From NCBI RefSeq assembly GCF_006345805.1, contig NC_043000.1:23870001-23934000 (forward strand): 64,000 nt of DNA, in the 5' to 3' direction. The notes below the pieces were generated by a model. That model worked only from the letters and a program-made list of their open reading frames with translations, was not told where the DNA came from and did not search any database. Each line of letters begins with the position of its first letter. The stretch's first letter is position 1. Made by a program: the position numbers and the translations under genes. Shown here one piece after another: positions 61,430 to 64,000 of the stretch. The stretch comes from Octopus sinensis. Lineage: Eukaryota.

Positions 61430-63698
61430 CTGTTAAGATTGTCCATTTTATTAGTTTCACAAATTAAATGTTTTGATTTTTGTTTTCTAACAAGATCAAA
61501 TTAAATAAGTTTAAAAGAAATGAAAAAACAAAGCTACATTCATTTAAATGCTTTAATGATTTCATGTGTATTTACAGAAGATGGTATGATGAAAAAAAAA
61601 AAAAAAAAACCTGCTCGAAAATTTTACAACCAAGACTCAAGACTTCACTCTTTTTGTTAAGCATCACTATTTTATAATTGTTTTCTTGAAAAATTAAATG
61701 TAAAAATGTTATAAATTAGATACATTTCAGATGTCCTTAAATATCAAAATGTACTGAAACGGACAGTATCAAAAGAAGCTAACTATATGTATAATGTTAA
61801 GCATGAACTTGGGATATGGAATGAAAGGAGAAATGACCAAGTTTTAAAAAAAAAAATGTACATACAAAAGACAAAGGGAAGTTGGACTACATAGTAGTCA
61901 AACAGGCAATTTTCAAAGCTACTGCCAAACCTTCAGAAATAAGTGCACTAAAGTTGAAGTAGGCAGAATGTTGTAAGTCTTGGTTTGGCTCGGCATAGAA
62001 ATTATACACAGCTGGGTCCAGCAGTAGACCTGAGAACGTTATGTTCAGTATATACTAACAGATAGTAGTCAATGCCAGTTGTTCATTAAATGGCTCATTG
62101 CACAGGAATAGAAGAGATTTTTTTTTTTTTTTTTTTTTTTTTGAGAACCAGCATCTATTTCCATCAGATATCCATTAAAATGAAGATCTTTCAAATGCTT
62201 ATAATCGATAAGCATTTCCTATGAAAAGGAGATCATTTATGAAAGTATCAAAATGTACAAATGTAGATCAAGCTTGGGTAGCATTCAACTGATTTAATAA
62301 GCCAACATTTGAACACTGCAAGGTACAACATCTGGGCTTTTGAAAGAGAGTAGGGGATGATGGGAAAGAGAGAGAGAGAGAAGTTGCAAAATGTATGAAT
62401 GAAACAAGTTTTGCTACAGATGTAAAAACTGTACAAAATGTTGGGGGGGTAGGGGAAGGAAAGATGGTGATGAGATCCAGAAGTACAATAAATGTACATT
62501 AAAAAAAAAAAGTTCTGTACCATTTAACTAATGTACAGAAACAATTTTTACAATCAAGAAGGTATCAATAATCTATATTCAAAAGAATATAGGAAATGGC
62601 CGTTTTCTAGAGATTTTGAAATTTTACATTTTGTTCAATTGGAGCAGTAATTATAATGGAGGAGTGAGAGAAATGGCTGCAGATATAAAGCAGCAACAAG
62701 TCAAGCGATACCATTTAACAATAAAAAGTCCAGCCAACCCTGCATCTTTAACTCTGATCAAACAAAACAGCATTTTGCTGTGATGTTTATTCTATAACAA
62801 TGCATCATTCAACATTAGATGATTTAGCGACATCACCTATCTTATTGGTGTGATATTGTTCACAGAGTTCAGCCAAGTATTTTTTAGCCAAACATGTTGT
62901 AAACAACTATATTCCTTGTAACAAGAGAATATATTGTTGTTAAGAAAGCCACAAAGCAAGTGGAGTTACAGTGCCAACTAGACAGTAGATTTGCAACAGT
63001 GAAATAAAATACATTAAAATGCAATCACCTCTGTTCAAAGTAACAACCAACCGTCAACAATGACATACTCATCAAATTCACTACATAACGTATTTTCTGA
63101 CAAGGCATTTAAATTAGTCAGAAAAACATTATTTGATTAACATTCCTAATTCGTGAAACATTCAACGACCAAGAGAAATTGATATTTCACATAATACGGA
63201 CGCAAATGTATGCATGTTCTTTAATCTTTCAACAAAGAAAACAGACCAGTAACCTAAACTAATTGTGGCTTTTTTTTTTTTTTTCAACTGGTGTTAGGGA
63301 TAAAAAAAAATGTTTCTTTTATTTAATCCATGACGACTAATCCCTGATAAGATTATGAATCCTTCTCTTGAAAAATAATCATCAAGAGAAAAAGGGGATC
63401 TTTTTCTAAGGAAGACCAGATTTTAAAAACCTTATTAAGTTCTTACGCTTTAAAAAAAGTTCATGAATAATGCAATGCAGTAAACACAATCAAAATTTCT
63501 TCCCTTTTCCAAGACATCTGTAAATAGAACTTGCAGTATAGTCTGCAATTTTATTCCAGGTCTCTTTTAAATCTTTTACTTTAGCAGCTCTCCATAAAGA
63601 TAACCAAATCCTTAATTTGTATCTTATTGTCAACATTGCCTACACAAAATAACTTTCTAATTTTAGATTTTCTTACATTACACCAGTCTTTTAGTCTT
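61430..63698 (-). other. Probable ARGLU1 3' UTR
   Basis: About 2.3 kb free of recognisable SINE/LINE copies after the stop; minus-strand AATAAA at 61447-61452. Confidence 0.45.
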
Positions 63699-63857
63699 TC
63701 ATTTTCCCAAACTGAACGATAATTTTGGTCGAGCATTTTTCTTATTTAAAATTCTGTCTTGTTCTTGTTTCACCCGTTTCCTTTCCTCCTCTTCCATTCT
63801 CTGTTTCTCTTCCAAAATTTTTCGCTGTTCTTCAACCAGCTTCAACTGCTCTTCAGC
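63699..63857 (-). CDS. ARGLU1: ARGLU1 (arginine and glutamate-rich protein 1) last coding exon
   Basis: Minus-strand ttcttcttcattcag acceptor; AEEQLKLVEEQRKILEEKQRMEEEERKRVKQEQDRILNKKNARPKLSFSLGK* matches the ARGLU1 C-terminus EEQLRIVEEQRKI...RPKLSFSL. Confidence 0.92.
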   Translation of the reverse strand, partial: AEEQLKLVEEQRKILEEKQRMEEEERKRVKQEQDRILNKKNARPKLSFSLGK

Positions 63858-63924
63858 CTGAATGAAGAAGAAAAAGAAACGAAATAAAATAAAAAGAACA
63901 ATGCATATTTCAATGAGAAATATC

Positions 63925-64000
63925 CTTAACCCTTTCATTACTGTATTTATTTTGAGATGCTCTGTGTTTCTTTCAATTACTTTAAATATAACAAAGAATT
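63925..64000. mobile_element. End of a piggyBac-like MITE in the ARGLU1 intron
   Basis: ttaa|ccctttc start, similar to the element at 48892; truncated by the window edge. Confidence 0.4.

Noticed and set aside
2416-63857. LIN37-HDAC11-ARGLU1 as a functional gene cluster
   Set aside because: All three have nuclear regulatory roles, but nothing in the sequence shows co-regulation, and synteny cannot be assessed here.

Overview
AT-rich eukaryotic genomic DNA, very likely octopus/coleoid cephalopod (inferred from the SINE and RTE-LINE families and (CAT)n/(TA)n microsatellites; not checked against a database). Three spliced genes were reconstructed by hand from GT-AG boundaries with consistent phases: (1) the last five coding exons of LIN37 (+, 2416-10530; 5' exons probably outside the window), (2) an apparently complete HDAC11 (+, ATG 20543, nine coding exons to 57100, possible tenth terminal exon 58704-58723, 20 kb intron 3, catalytic motifs intact), (3) the last coding exon and long 3' UTR of ARGLU1 (-, 63699-63857). 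Most of the rest is decayed transposon: RTE-type LINE pieces and many copies of their 3' tails, at least four tRNA-derived SINE families, a CR1-like fragment, two mariner relics, hAT- and piggyBac-like MITEs, and probable Penelope-like remnants. Most ORFs in the supplied track are spurious repeat ORFs. The most interesting signal is a set of type I hammerhead-ribozyme-like motifs read directly from the sequence. One has a complete fold (16392-16486, minus strand). Immediately upstream of it on that strand is a triplicated ~567-bp unit in which each copy carries a minimal hammerhead core with a palindromic stem III plus a ~60-bp foldback, a retrozyme-like layout. Related motifs occur at 3061, 12231, 34823 (inside a tRNA-SINE) and 56351. 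All folds were paired by eye; self-cleavage is untested, and repeat boundaries are approximate.
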